This document shows, piece by piece, positions 47,142 through 55,250 of a stretch of 55,250 nucleotides of DNA; positions within the stretch are counted from its first letter, which is position 1, and each line of letters begins with the position of its first letter. Source of the DNA: an uncultured bacterium (GTDB lineage: Bacteria; JADJOY01). The notes under the pieces are model-generated. The model was given only the letters and a program-made list of their open reading frames with translations, searched no databases and had not been told where the DNA came from. A program made the translations under genes and the position numbers. Location: assembly GCA_964447125.1 (NCBI GenBank), contig CAYUSL010000001.1, positions 1-55,250 of the forward strand. Reading direction: 5' to 3'.

Positions 47142-48293
47142 ATGGACTGTGAGCGAGCTCGGATCTCGTCGTCCCTTCACCGTTTCGCCGCTTCGCCGCG
47201 CGTACTCCTCATCCTCGGATGTGTAGTGGGTACCGTTCTCGGAGCGTGCACGAGCCAAAAACCCCAATCGCCGCAGGCGATTGAGTCGCATTCGCCTGGC
47301 GCTCGCCAGGGCGAGTCGGCGCTCGAACGGCCGTCGTCTGGCGGCGTCGAAGACGCCCGTGCGCGCGTGCAGGCGTTGCTCGCGTCGCGCAGCACGCCAG
47401 TCGGCACCAGCGACTACGCCGTCGGCCCGGGTGATGTCCTCAAGATCGCCGTATTCGACGTGCCCGAGCTCGACCGCACGGCAAGAGTTGCCGAGTCGGG
47501 CGAGATCACCTTGCCCTTGATCGGCAGCGTCGAGGTTGCTGGTCTCACGGTCCAAGGCGTTCACGATCGCCTCACCGCACTGCTCGGTCACCGCTTCGTG
47601 GTGGACCCGCAGGTCGATGTCCGAGTCGAGACCTTCGCCAGCCAGCGCGTGGCCGTGATGGGGCGCGTGGAAAAGCCCGGGGTCTATTCGCTTTCGCGCT
47701 CCGCGAGTCGGATCGTCGACCTCGTCGGTCAAGCGGGAGGCGTGTCCGCACAAGCGGCTCGACGCATCGAGCTCTATCCCGTGGAAGAACGCCCGGCGGC
47801 GCGCGGCGCGACGAGCGAAGCGGTGGCCGGCAAGGATGCGACGCTGGCGGCGCTGCGAGGCCGCAAGCCGATCGTGATCGATCTCTTCGATCTGATGAAT
47901 CTCTCCGATCCCGTCTCGACGCTGGCACTGCGTGACGGAGACGTCGTGTTCGTTCCCGATCAAGGGAATTTCTTCGTCGGTGGCGAGGTCAAACGGCCCG
48001 GGAAATACGGGCTGTCGGAAACCTCCACGCTGATCACCGCCATCGCCGAAGCGGGCGGCCTCGGCGACTTCCCCATCAGCGACGACGTTCTTCTCGTGCG
48101 CCATCCGAACGGCGCCGACAAGATCACGATGTCGCTCGACTTCGACTCCATCACCACGGGCGCCAGCCCCGACGTCGCCATCGAGGAAGGCGATCAGGTG
48201 ATCGTGCAGCGCAGCATGCTGCGCGCCGGCCTGTCGAAGGTCGTCGAGACGATGGGGCGCTTCATCGGCGTGGGTCTGTCCGCTCCGCTCTGA
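47142..48293 (+). CDS. wza: Polysaccharide export outer-membrane lipoprotein (Wza-like: Poly_export plus SLBB domains)
   Basis: The start is trimmed to the ATG at 47142, with the lipobox LGAC. Motifs: Y.VGPGDVL.I.V...PEL......V...G.I.LPLIG.V.V.GLT and SLBB-like V.V.G.V..PG.Y. Confidence 0.75.
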   Translation: MDCERARISSSLHRFAASPRVLLILGCVVGTVLGACTSQKPQSPQAIESHSPGARQGESALERPSSGGVEDARARVQALLASRSTPVGTSDYAVGPGDVLKIAVFDVPELDRTARVAESGEITLPLIGSVEVAGLTVQGVHDRLTALLGHRFVVDPQVDVRVETFASQRVAVMGRVEKPGVYSLSRSASRIVDLVGQAGGVSAQAARRIELYPVEERPAARGATSEAVAGKDATLAALRGRKPIVIDLFDLMNLSDPVSTLALRDGDVVFVPDQGNFFVGGEVKRPGKYGLSETSTLITAIAEAGGLGDFPISDDVLLVRHPNGADKITMSLDFDSITTGASPDVAIEEGDQVIVQRSMLRAGLSKVVETMGRFIGVGLSAPL

Positions 48294-48822
48294 CAGGTTG
48301 CCGAAGGCTCGCGCGAGCGAGCCCCTCGAGAGCCCCCGACGTCGTTTCCTCGGGAGTCGAACCAGACGCCGCTTCTCGAAGCGCGCCGTGATCGAACGGC
48401 CGTGCGACAAGCCGCCTGTGTCGTGGGTATGCACCGCGCACGCTGCGGCTGCGCCGCGGCTGGGCTCGCGTCCCTCGAGGCGCGTTCGGAAACGCTCGCG
48501 CGCGTGGTTTCCGTTGCGCCACGCGATCCGTGACCAGGTCGTAACGACCTGCCGCATGGGTCGAATTGGCCAGGCGCCAGTGCCGCGAGGCGCGCTCGCT
48601 CGCGAGACCAGTCCGCACGTGCGCCGCCAGGCGCGCGAACGAGCAGGCGGGGCACGTGGCGATATGCCCGACTCGTCACGCGATTTGCGACGCACTCGGT
48701 GCGCGGCCAATGAATGGGATCCCAATCATCGGAGATCGGTGGTGCGTGCAGGCACGACCGTTGCACTTCGGCCAGCGCACAACCGGATCTGCTGGCTTCC
48801 ACTCGAACGAGGAGCATTACTC

Positions 48823-49431
48823 ATGACGACGCTGCGGCGCCGACAGGCCCTCTCCATCTTCATCGCTGTGGCAGCGCTTACGCAGCGCCTGGTCGCACCG
48901 TCGATCTCGCAAGCCAGTGCGGCAGCGCTCGGCATCGCGGGAACGGTGCGCGCCGACGCCGGTAGCGCCCTCGTCGGTACCGTGGTCGGACTCATCGACT
49001 CGGAGACGGGTACGCTCGCCGCGAAGACCGCCACCGGGAAGTTCGGCGAGTACCGATTCGAGTCGGTACGTCCCGGCCGCTACCGCCTCGCCGTCGCCGA
49101 GTCCTCGTTCTCTTCGGCGAGCTACGTCGCAACGCTCGCCGCGGCTCACGGCGGAGAGACGCGGGTGGACTGGACGCTCCATTCGGCGAATGCGCCTCAG
49201 CAGGATCCGCACGACTCGATCGCGCAGAGCTCGACCACGGTCGCCGGCGTCGTCGCGCACCCCGAGCCCAGCACCGCGCTAGCGCAGCCCGCGTTCGTCG
49301 CCGACGTCCCCACGTGGGTGCTCGCGACGGCTGCGACGGGCGGCGTCGCTGGCGCCACGCTCGGATCGCTCTGTCTCACGGGGACCGCGATCTGCGAGGA
49401 AGACAAGCCGGTCGCAAGCCCACAGCAATGA
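48823..49431 (+). CDS. Secreted carboxypeptidase-regulatory-like domain protein with a C-terminal hydrophobic segment
   Basis: ATG at 48823 with the RBS GAGGAG. It has a signal peptide, GIAGTVRADAGSALVGTVVGLIDSETG...GEYRFESVRPGRYRLAV, and a C-terminal VPTWVLATAATGGVAGATLGSLCL. Confidence 0.5.
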   Translation: MTTLRRRQALSIFIAVAALTQRLVAPSISQASAAALGIAGTVRADAGSALVGTVVGLIDSETGTLAAKTATGKFGEYRFESVRPGRYRLAVAESSFSSASYVATLAAAHGGETRVDWTLHSANAPQQDPHDSIAQSSTTVAGVVAHPEPSTALAQPAFVADVPTWVLATAATGGVAGATLGSLCLTGTAICEEDKPVASPQQ

Positions 49432-49506
49432 CGCTCTCACGCCGCGTCGCGCGAGCGATCGCCCGCGTCACGTGCTGCGCACCATCTCGATCGAAGGGAA
49501 TCGATC

Positions 49507-51960
49507 ATGTCCAACGCACGGCCCGAAGGCGGACGCGACGACGGCACAGCGCCGATCCAGCTCGCGCGCACCATCGTCGATGGCCAAGTCGTGAGCGTGG
49601 TGCAAGCCACGTCACCGCTCGGCTATGGAGGCTATCCCGCCGGTGTCTACGCACCCCATCCTTTCGAGCAGCCCGGCGCCGCCATCGGATTGCGCGAGCT
49701 GCTGGCGCTGTTGCGCGGCCAGCGACGATTGATCTTCGCCGTCTTCGGCGCGGTCACGCTCGCGACGGTGCTCTACGTCGTGACGCGCACGCCGCTCTAC
49801 ACCGCGGGGGTGACCGTTCAGATCGACCGCGACAACCCCAACATTCTCACGTTCGAGGACGTCGTTCCCGGCCAGAAGGGATACGTTGGCCCGTACGACG
49901 AATACTCACAGACGCAGTTTTCCATCCTGAGAAGCCGCGTGCTGGCCGCGCGCGTGATCCACAAGCTCGGCCTCGAGGACGAGCCGGCGCTCGCGAGCGC
50001 GAGCGGACGACTGTCGCTCACCCGCGCAGTGGGCAGCTTCGCGCGCGCGATGCGCTCGTGGCTCGCCGCGAGTGGCGCGCCCACCGATCCCGACTCCGTG
50101 GAATCGGTCGAGGACGCAGCCACGTCCGGTGCCGAGTCCGGCACGCTGGGAGTCGACGCGCACCTCGTCGATCGCTACCTCGATGCGCTGGAAGTGAAGC
50201 CGGTACGCAACACGCGGCTCGTGCGCATCGCGTTCACGACGCCGGTGCCGGCGCTCAGCGCCCGCGTCGCCGATGGGATCGCCGACGGCTACAAGGCCTA
50301 CTCGCTCGAGACGAAGCTCGCGCTTTCCGTGGAGGGACGCGATTTCCTCGAGCGGCAGCTTCACGATCTGGAGGAGCGTTTGCGCACGGCCGAAGCGGCG
50401 CTCGCGGCCTATCGCGAGGAGCACCAGTTGGTGTCGCTGGAAGCAGGGGAGAATCCGACCATTCAGGAGATGCAGCATCTCAACCAGTTGCTCACCGAGG
50501 CGGTGGCCGAGCGCATCCAGAAGCAATCGCAGTTCGACCTGGTCCGCACCGGCGGCAAGGACTCGCTACCGGCAGTTCTCGCGAGCCCGCTGATCGTCGA
50601 GCTCAAGCAGCGCCGCGCCGAGCTCGAGCGCGAGTACGCCCGCCTCCAGAAGAAGTACCTGCCGGACTATCCGCAGATGGTGCAGCTTCGCTCGCAGGTC
50701 GACGAGGCGCGCGCCAGCTTGGGACAAGAGATGGGCCGCATCGCGCGTGGCGTGGAGCGCGAGTTCCTCGCGGCGCAGCAACGCGAGGCCGCCTTGCGTG
50801 AGCAGGTGAAGCGGAGCGAGCAAGAGGCGCTGGCGCAGAAGTCCGACTCCGTCGAGTACTCGTTGCTCAAGCGCGAGGTCGATCTCAACCGCTCGATCCA
50901 CGATTCGCTTCTGCAGCGCATGAAGGAGATGACGGTCGCTGCGGGCCTCAAGACGGGCAACATCCGCGTGGTCGATCCGGCCGAGGTGCCGAGCGTGCCG
51001 TCGGCGCCACGCCGGCTACGGTCGCTCGCCATGGGCATGTTGCTGGGGCTGCTGCTCGGAATCACCGCGGCGCTGACCCGCGCAGCGCTCGACAACTCGA
51101 TTCGCACGCCTGCGGCGGCATCGCGGGCGCTCGGCCTGCGCACGCTGGCGCTGGTGCCGAGCATGCGCGAGCCCGATTGGGCGCCTGGGCGGGTCCGGCA
51201 GCGTGCGGCCAAAGTGCTGGGGGCGCATCGCGGCGCGCCGCACCGACCGCGCCCGGGGGAGGCGCCGGGCATCGAGCTCGTCACGCTCGCGTCCGACCCG
51301 ACACCGGGATCGGAGGCGTACCGGATCTTCCGCACCGCGCTGATGTTGCTCAAGATGGATCCCGCCCCGCGCCGGATCCTGTTCACCAGCAGCGTCGCCG
51401 GCGAAGGCAAGACCTCGACGGCGATCAACACCTGCATCTCGCTCGCACAGGCGGGCAAGACGGTGGCCTTGGTGGACGCCGACCTCCGGTGTCCGCGGGT
51501 ACATCGCGTGGCCGGGTTGTCGAGCAAGATCGGCCTCAGCACCTACCTGCAATCGGAGTCGAGTCTCGCGGTGGCCGGCGCGACGGCGCTTCACAGGAAT
51601 CTCTGGGTGATGCCGGCTGGCCCGATCCCCGCGAATCCTTCCGAGCTGCTCAGCACCGATCGCATGCACGACGCGATCGCCGAGCTCTCGCTGCGCTTCG
51701 ACTACGTGGTCGTCGATTCGGGGCCGACCTTGCCGGTGCCGGACGCGCTGGTGCTGTCGCGTCTCGTCGATGGCGTGGTGTTGGTGGTCGATTCGTCGCG
51801 CACCGCGCGCGAGCTGGTACAGGCCGCGCGCGAGCGCCTGGATCAAGCCGGCGCGAACCTGCTGGGCGTGGTGCTGAATCAGGTGGACGCGCGTTACGGC
51901 TACGGCGCGCAGGCGTATCGCGGCTACCAGGCCTACGGCGCGCGCGCGACGGCGGCTTGA
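49507..51960 (+). CDS. wzc: Polysaccharide co-polymerase / BY-type tyrosine autokinase (Wzc/GumC-like)
   Basis: 817 aa. It has an N-terminal Wzz-like region with a helix and a long coiled-coil periplasmic part. The C-terminal kinase carries the Walker A SSVAGEGKTSTAIN, VDADLR, and a Tyr-rich tail YGYGAQAYRGYQAYG. Confidence 0.85.
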   Translation: MSNARPEGGRDDGTAPIQLARTIVDGQVVSVVQATSPLGYGGYPAGVYAPHPFEQPGAAIGLRELLALLRGQRRLIFAVFGAVTLATVLYVVTRTPLYTAGVTVQIDRDNPNILTFEDVVPGQKGYVGPYDEYSQTQFSILRSRVLAARVIHKLGLEDEPALASASGRLSLTRAVGSFARAMRSWLAASGAPTDPDSVESVEDAATSGAESGTLGVDAHLVDRYLDALEVKPVRNTRLVRIAFTTPVPALSARVADGIADGYKAYSLETKLALSVEGRDFLERQLHDLEERLRTAEAALAAYREEHQLVSLEAGENPTIQEMQHLNQLLTEAVAERIQKQSQFDLVRTGGKDSLPAVLASPLIVELKQRRAELEREYARLQKKYLPDYPQMVQLRSQVDEARASLGQEMGRIARGVEREFLAAQQREAALREQVKRSEQEALAQKSDSVEYSLLKREVDLNRSIHDSLLQRMKEMTVAAGLKTGNIRVVDPAEVPSVPSAPRRLRSLAMGMLLGLLLGITAALTRAALDNSIRTPAAASRALGLRTLALVPSMREPDWAPGRVRQRAAKVLGAHRGAPHRPRPGEAPGIELVTLASDPTPGSEAYRIFRTALMLLKMDPAPRRILFTSSVAGEGKTSTAINTCISLAQAGKTVALVDADLRCPRVHRVAGLSSKIGLSTYLQSESSLAVAGATALHRNLWVMPAGPIPANPSELLSTDRMHDAIAELSLRFDYVVVDSGPTLPVPDALVLSRLVDGVVLVVDSSRTARELVQAARERLDQAGANLLGVVLNQVDARYGYGAQAYRGYQAYGARATAA

Positions 51961-51993
51961 ACCGTTCGGGGAGCGACGAGCGGAGCGTGTGCC

Positions 51994-54180
51994 ATGCGAG
52001 TCGCCGCGGCGCTACCTCTCGACGGTTCCGTCGATTGCGAGACCGCCCGCGCCCGACTCGCGGCGTGGGCGCTCGGAGTCCGCACCACGGCGCTCGTGGC
52101 GCTTCAACTCGTCGGCTACGCCGCATTCTTGGTCTTCCAGCTCGGCGCGGCATCGACCCTCGGCGCCGCGCGCTACGGCGCGCTCGCGCATGCGCTCGCG
52201 TTCGGGTCGTTCGTCGCGCTGGCGGGCGTGTTCGGCAGCGACCGCGTCCTGGTTCGTGAGCTCGCGCAGCGGCCGCTCGGTGCGGCGCGCGCGGCGTGGG
52301 TGCGCGCGGCGCTCGCGCAGCGCGCGCTGTTGGCGTTTCCCGCAGCGGTGCTCGTCGGCGGCGTGTTGGCGCGAACCGCGTCCGCAACGGGGCTGGCGCT
52401 ACCCGTGGTCGCGTTCTACGTGCTACAGGCGCTCGACCTGGCGAGCGTCTTCGACACGGGCCGATCCGCGTGGCTTCACGTCGCCGGCTTTGCGGCTCGG
52501 AACGTGCTGCTGCTGGCGCTCTTCGGCGTCGCCACGGCATCCGGGGCGATCTCGCCTGCGTCGGTCGCGTGGCTGATGGTGTTTGCCAACGCGGCGTTCT
52601 GGTCGCTCCAAGTCGTGCTGGCCGTGCGTCGCGGGTGGCTCGTGGCGGGACGCGCGGACTGGTCGCTGGTCGCGCGGCTGCTTCGGCTTTCGTGGCCGCT
52701 CGCACTCGCCGGTGCCGCCGTTCAGCTCTACCAGCAGCTTCCGATCTTGATCCTCGGTTGGGTCGAGGCGGGGGCGACGACTGGACGCTACGCGATCGCG
52801 TCTCAGCTCGTGTTCGCATTGCTCGGGCTCGTCGGGCTCGCGTACCGGCTGATTCTTCCCGAGCTGGCGGTGCTCGCTCGCGAGTCCCGAGCGGAGGCGT
52901 GGCGGCGGACTTGGAGCGTGTCGGCAGCGATGTTCGCTGCGTCGACGCTCATCGCGCTCGCGGCATGGGCACTCGGGCCGGTCGTGGTTGCGAGGGTGAA
53001 GCCCGAGTACGCGGCGGCACTCGAGTCGTTCCGGGTCTTGTTGCTGGCGGTGCCAGTGGTGGCGTGTGGCAGCGTCTTCGGGAACGCATTCCTGGCGCTC
53101 GGCGAGATCCGGAGCTTCGTGATCCCGATCGGATGCGGCGCCGGTGTGAGCCTGATCGCGTCGCTCGCGCTGATCCCGAGCTGCGGTGCGCGCGGTGCCG
53201 CCTACGCGCTGGTGCTGGCTCAAGCGGTGGTGGTGAGCGCGAGCGTGGTGGCGTTCTCTCGCTCGCGTCCGGGGGGTGTCGCGCGCGGAGCGCGAGTGCC
53301 GGCTGCAGCGAAGCGAGACGTCGCGCCGGAGCTCGGCGAGTGCAGGCTCGTCGAGCTCGACGACGCGAATCCCAATCACCGTCGTCATCTTGCACGGTAC
53401 GCGTTCGCGGGGCGGCGGCTCGGCGCCGGGCTGGTGGTCGATGCTGCCTGTGGCACCGGCTACGGCATGCGCGCGCTCGCAGATGGCGACGCAGCGCGCC
53501 GCGTAGTGGGCCTCGACCTGTCGGCTGCTGCGCTCGCTCACGCTCGCGGCGGCGCCGGGAGCGACGCGGCGCAACATCACGTGGCTGCCGACGTGGCGGC
53601 GCTGCCGCTCGCGGACCGCTCGGTGGACGCGCTGGTGAGCTTCGAGACCATCGAGCACGTCGCCGACGCGGCCTCGTTTCTCGTGGAGGTGACGCGCGTT
53701 CTCAAGGACGACGGGACCTGCGTCGTGAGCACTCCCAACCGGCGCTTCTCGAGCCCTTGGCGAGCTCGCGGCTCGCCGCGAAATCCGTTCCATGCCACCG
53801 AATGGTTCCCGGACGAGTTTTTCACGCTGCTCGAACGGCACTTCGGTCGGGTCGAGCGTCTCGGTCAGGTGCCCATTCGAGCGCTGCGATGGCACGCCGC
53901 ACGTTGTTTCGCCCGCGGCTGGCTCGACGCGACCTTTGCACGGCCCGTGCACCGGGCGATCGCGAATCCCAGCTTGCGACGCGCGTTGCGGCAGGTCTAT
54001 CGCGGCCTCGTCGGGGCTGATCCGGCGATCGTCGGTCCCGGCGGCCCGCGACTCGGGCGTGCGGTGGATCCTCGCGAGCTCGCCGTTGGCGCGCTGCCGC
54101 CGGGCTCCGAGCCGCTGGTGATGGTGGCGGTGTGCAGCGAGCCGCGTCGAAGGCCGATGGTCGGGAAGTTGGACCCGTGA
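51994..54180 (+). CDS. Fusion of a Wzx-like (PST/MOP) polysaccharide flippase with a class-I SAM-dependent methyltransferase
   Basis: 728 aa. The first ~430 aa are polytopic and include LLRLSWPLALAGAAVQLYQQLPILILGW..G...GRYAIA. The C-terminal ~270 aa carry VVDAACGTGYG (SAM motif I) and VSFETIEHV. Confidence 0.7.
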   Translation: MRVAAALPLDGSVDCETARARLAAWALGVRTTALVALQLVGYAAFLVFQLGAASTLGAARYGALAHALAFGSFVALAGVFGSDRVLVRELAQRPLGAARAAWVRAALAQRALLAFPAAVLVGGVLARTASATGLALPVVAFYVLQALDLASVFDTGRSAWLHVAGFAARNVLLLALFGVATASGAISPASVAWLMVFANAAFWSLQVVLAVRRGWLVAGRADWSLVARLLRLSWPLALAGAAVQLYQQLPILILGWVEAGATTGRYAIASQLVFALLGLVGLAYRLILPELAVLARESRAEAWRRTWSVSAAMFAASTLIALAAWALGPVVVARVKPEYAAALESFRVLLLAVPVVACGSVFGNAFLALGEIRSFVIPIGCGAGVSLIASLALIPSCGARGAAYALVLAQAVVVSASVVAFSRSRPGGVARGARVPAAAKRDVAPELGECRLVELDDANPNHRRHLARYAFAGRRLGAGLVVDAACGTGYGMRALADGDAARRVVGLDLSAAALAHARGGAGSDAAQHHVAADVAALPLADRSVDALVSFETIEHVADAASFLVEVTRVLKDDGTCVVSTPNRRFSSPWRARGSPRNPFHATEWFPDEFFTLLERHFGRVERLGQVPIRALRWHAARCFARGWLDATFARPVHRAIANPSLRRALRQVYRGLVGADPAIVGPGGPRLGRAVDPRELAVGALPPGSEPLVMVAVCSEPRRRPMVGKLDP

Positions 54181-55250
54181 AGGTGCTCTTGATGCCCGTG
54201 GCGGTGACGCAGGCACCGCTCTACCTTGCTCTCGCGGAGGCGTTGCGAGCGGCCGGGCACGACGCGGACTTGCTGCCGATCTTCCCGCGCACGGAGCGCT
54301 TCCTGGTCCGGCGTGGAGCGTCGTGTCTGGATTTTGCGAACCGCTACCGCGCGCTCTACCGCCGTGGTGCGATGGCATCGCCTCGCGAGCTCGATGCGCT
54401 GGCGAGCTTCGAGCTGCGCATCGCGCAGCCGGAGGTGCGACCACGCCTGGCTGTTGCCTGCGCGGCGGCGAGTGCCTTCTTCGCTGCGCTGCAGTCTCGC
54501 GGTGGGTACCAACGGCTCGTGCTCAACAACGGCTCCGGATTCCTGTGCGGCGCCGCCAAGCGCGAGCTCGAAGCCAGAGGGCTCGAGCAGGTGTGGCACA
54601 CGGAGGCCGGCTTCCTGCCGAACACGCTGGTGCTCGATCCCTCGGGGGTGAATCGGCGCGGATTGCTCATGGATCTCGCCACCGACGCGCTGCCTGATCC
54701 CGAGCCGGATACGGCGGCTTACTTGGAGGTGCTGCTCGCGGGACGGGTGGGTGCGCGGCCGTGGGCTTTCGTGCTGGACTCGTGGGCGAGTCACGCGAGC
54801 TCGCTGGCGATGCTTCGCGAAGAGCTGGCGATCATCAACGGCCGCACTCGCTGGCAGATCGCACGCCAGTTCGTCGTACCGAAGCTGGCGGCGCGATTTC
54901 GTGCTCGTGAGCGCGCGGAGCCGAGCGCGCTCGGCCCTTACGTGTTCCTACCGCTGCAGGTTCACGACGATACGCAGGTGCTCGTGAACAGCGAGCGCAT
55001 CCGCGACATGGCTACGCTGGTGCGCACCGTCGCAGCGGCGTTGCCCGACGGGCTGCATCTGGTCGTGAAGCCGCACCCGATGGACCGAGGCCGGAGTGAT
55101 TCGCACGCTGTGGCTCGTGCGCTGGCGGCCCTCGGCGAGCGGGCGGTGCTGGTCCACGACGTCCCCTCGATGGAGCTCGTGCGACGTGCACGCGCCGTGG
55201 TCACGCTCAACTCGACGGTCGGATTCGAGGGGCTGCTCCACGGCCGACCC
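54177..55250 (+). CDS. Capsule polysaccharide biosynthesis (KpsC/KpsS, Capsule_synth family)-like protein (partial; runs off the right edge)
   Basis: Hand-translated open frame, not in the ORF track. The GTG at 54177 overlaps the upstream stop as GTGA; the ATG at 54192 is an alternative. It contains YVFLPLQVHDDTQV, LVVKPHP and VVTLNSTVGFEGLLHGRP, typical of Capsule_synth proteins. Confidence 0.6.
   Translation, partial: MKVLLMPVAVTQAPLYLALAEALRAAGHDADLLPIFPRTERFLVRRGASCLDFANRYRALYRRGAMASPRELDALASFELRIAQPEVRPRLAVACAAASAFFAALQSRGGYQRLVLNNGSGFLCGAAKRELEARGLEQVWHTEAGFLPNTLVLDPSGVNRRGLLMDLATDALPDPEPDTAAYLEVLLAGRVGARPWAFVLDSWASHASSLAMLREELAIINGRTRWQIARQFVVPKLAARFRARERAEPSALGPYVFLPLQVHDDTQVLVNSERIRDMATLVRTVAAALPDGLHLVVKPHPMDRGRSDSHAVARALAALGERAVLVHDVPSMELVRRARAVVTLNSTVGFEGLLHGRP

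Overview
This is a high-GC bacterial chromosomal window with dense, often translationally coupled genes. The style fits a Myxococcota-like organism, but that is inference only. I saw no rRNA, tRNA, CRISPR array or mobile element.

Respiratory-chain genes dominate the window.

(1) 1247-9413 (+): an operon with actC-actD-actF only (no actA, actB or actE), an amicyanin-like cupredoxin, and an A1-type heme-copper oxidase (subunits I, III, IV, two small membrane ORFs, then a subunit II with no cytochrome c domain).

(2) 24311-9459 (-): a convergent, tightly packed 12-gene operon.
- It starts with actA-actB-actE, exactly the act genes missing from (1).
- Next comes a CydA-like cytochrome bd-superfamily subunit with about 14 predicted helices. 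It has no Q-loop-sized hydrophilic insert and no adjacent cydB.
- Three c-type cytochromes follow, one fused to an ethylbenzene-dehydrogenase/DOMON-like domain.
- The operon ends with a cassette: a tandem-USP protein, a GNAT, an Mrp/NBP35 Fe-S carrier, a zinc-ribbon protein and an AhbD/NirJ-like radical SAM/SPASM enzyme. Three of these proteins together carry five copies of the PCP_red (BchB C-terminal) domain.

(3) 24577-26990 (+): a small membrane protein, a SCO1/SenC protein and a protoporphyrinogen oxidase.

(4) 27308-39755 (+): a complete, canonical actABCDEF(G)-sco-caa3 (A2-type) operon. It serves as an internal reference paralogue.

The right end holds housekeeping genes (GST, a GH13 enzyme, an MMACHC-like protein, beta-oxidation fadN-like and thiolase genes). 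It also holds the start of an exopolysaccharide locus: Wza-like, Wzc-like, a Wzx-methyltransferase fusion and a capsule-synthesis family protein.

The best candidate for an undescribed system is operon (2), together with the split of one ACIII gene set across operons (1) and (2). All family assignments come from motifs read by eye. No database search was possible, so novelty is unverified.
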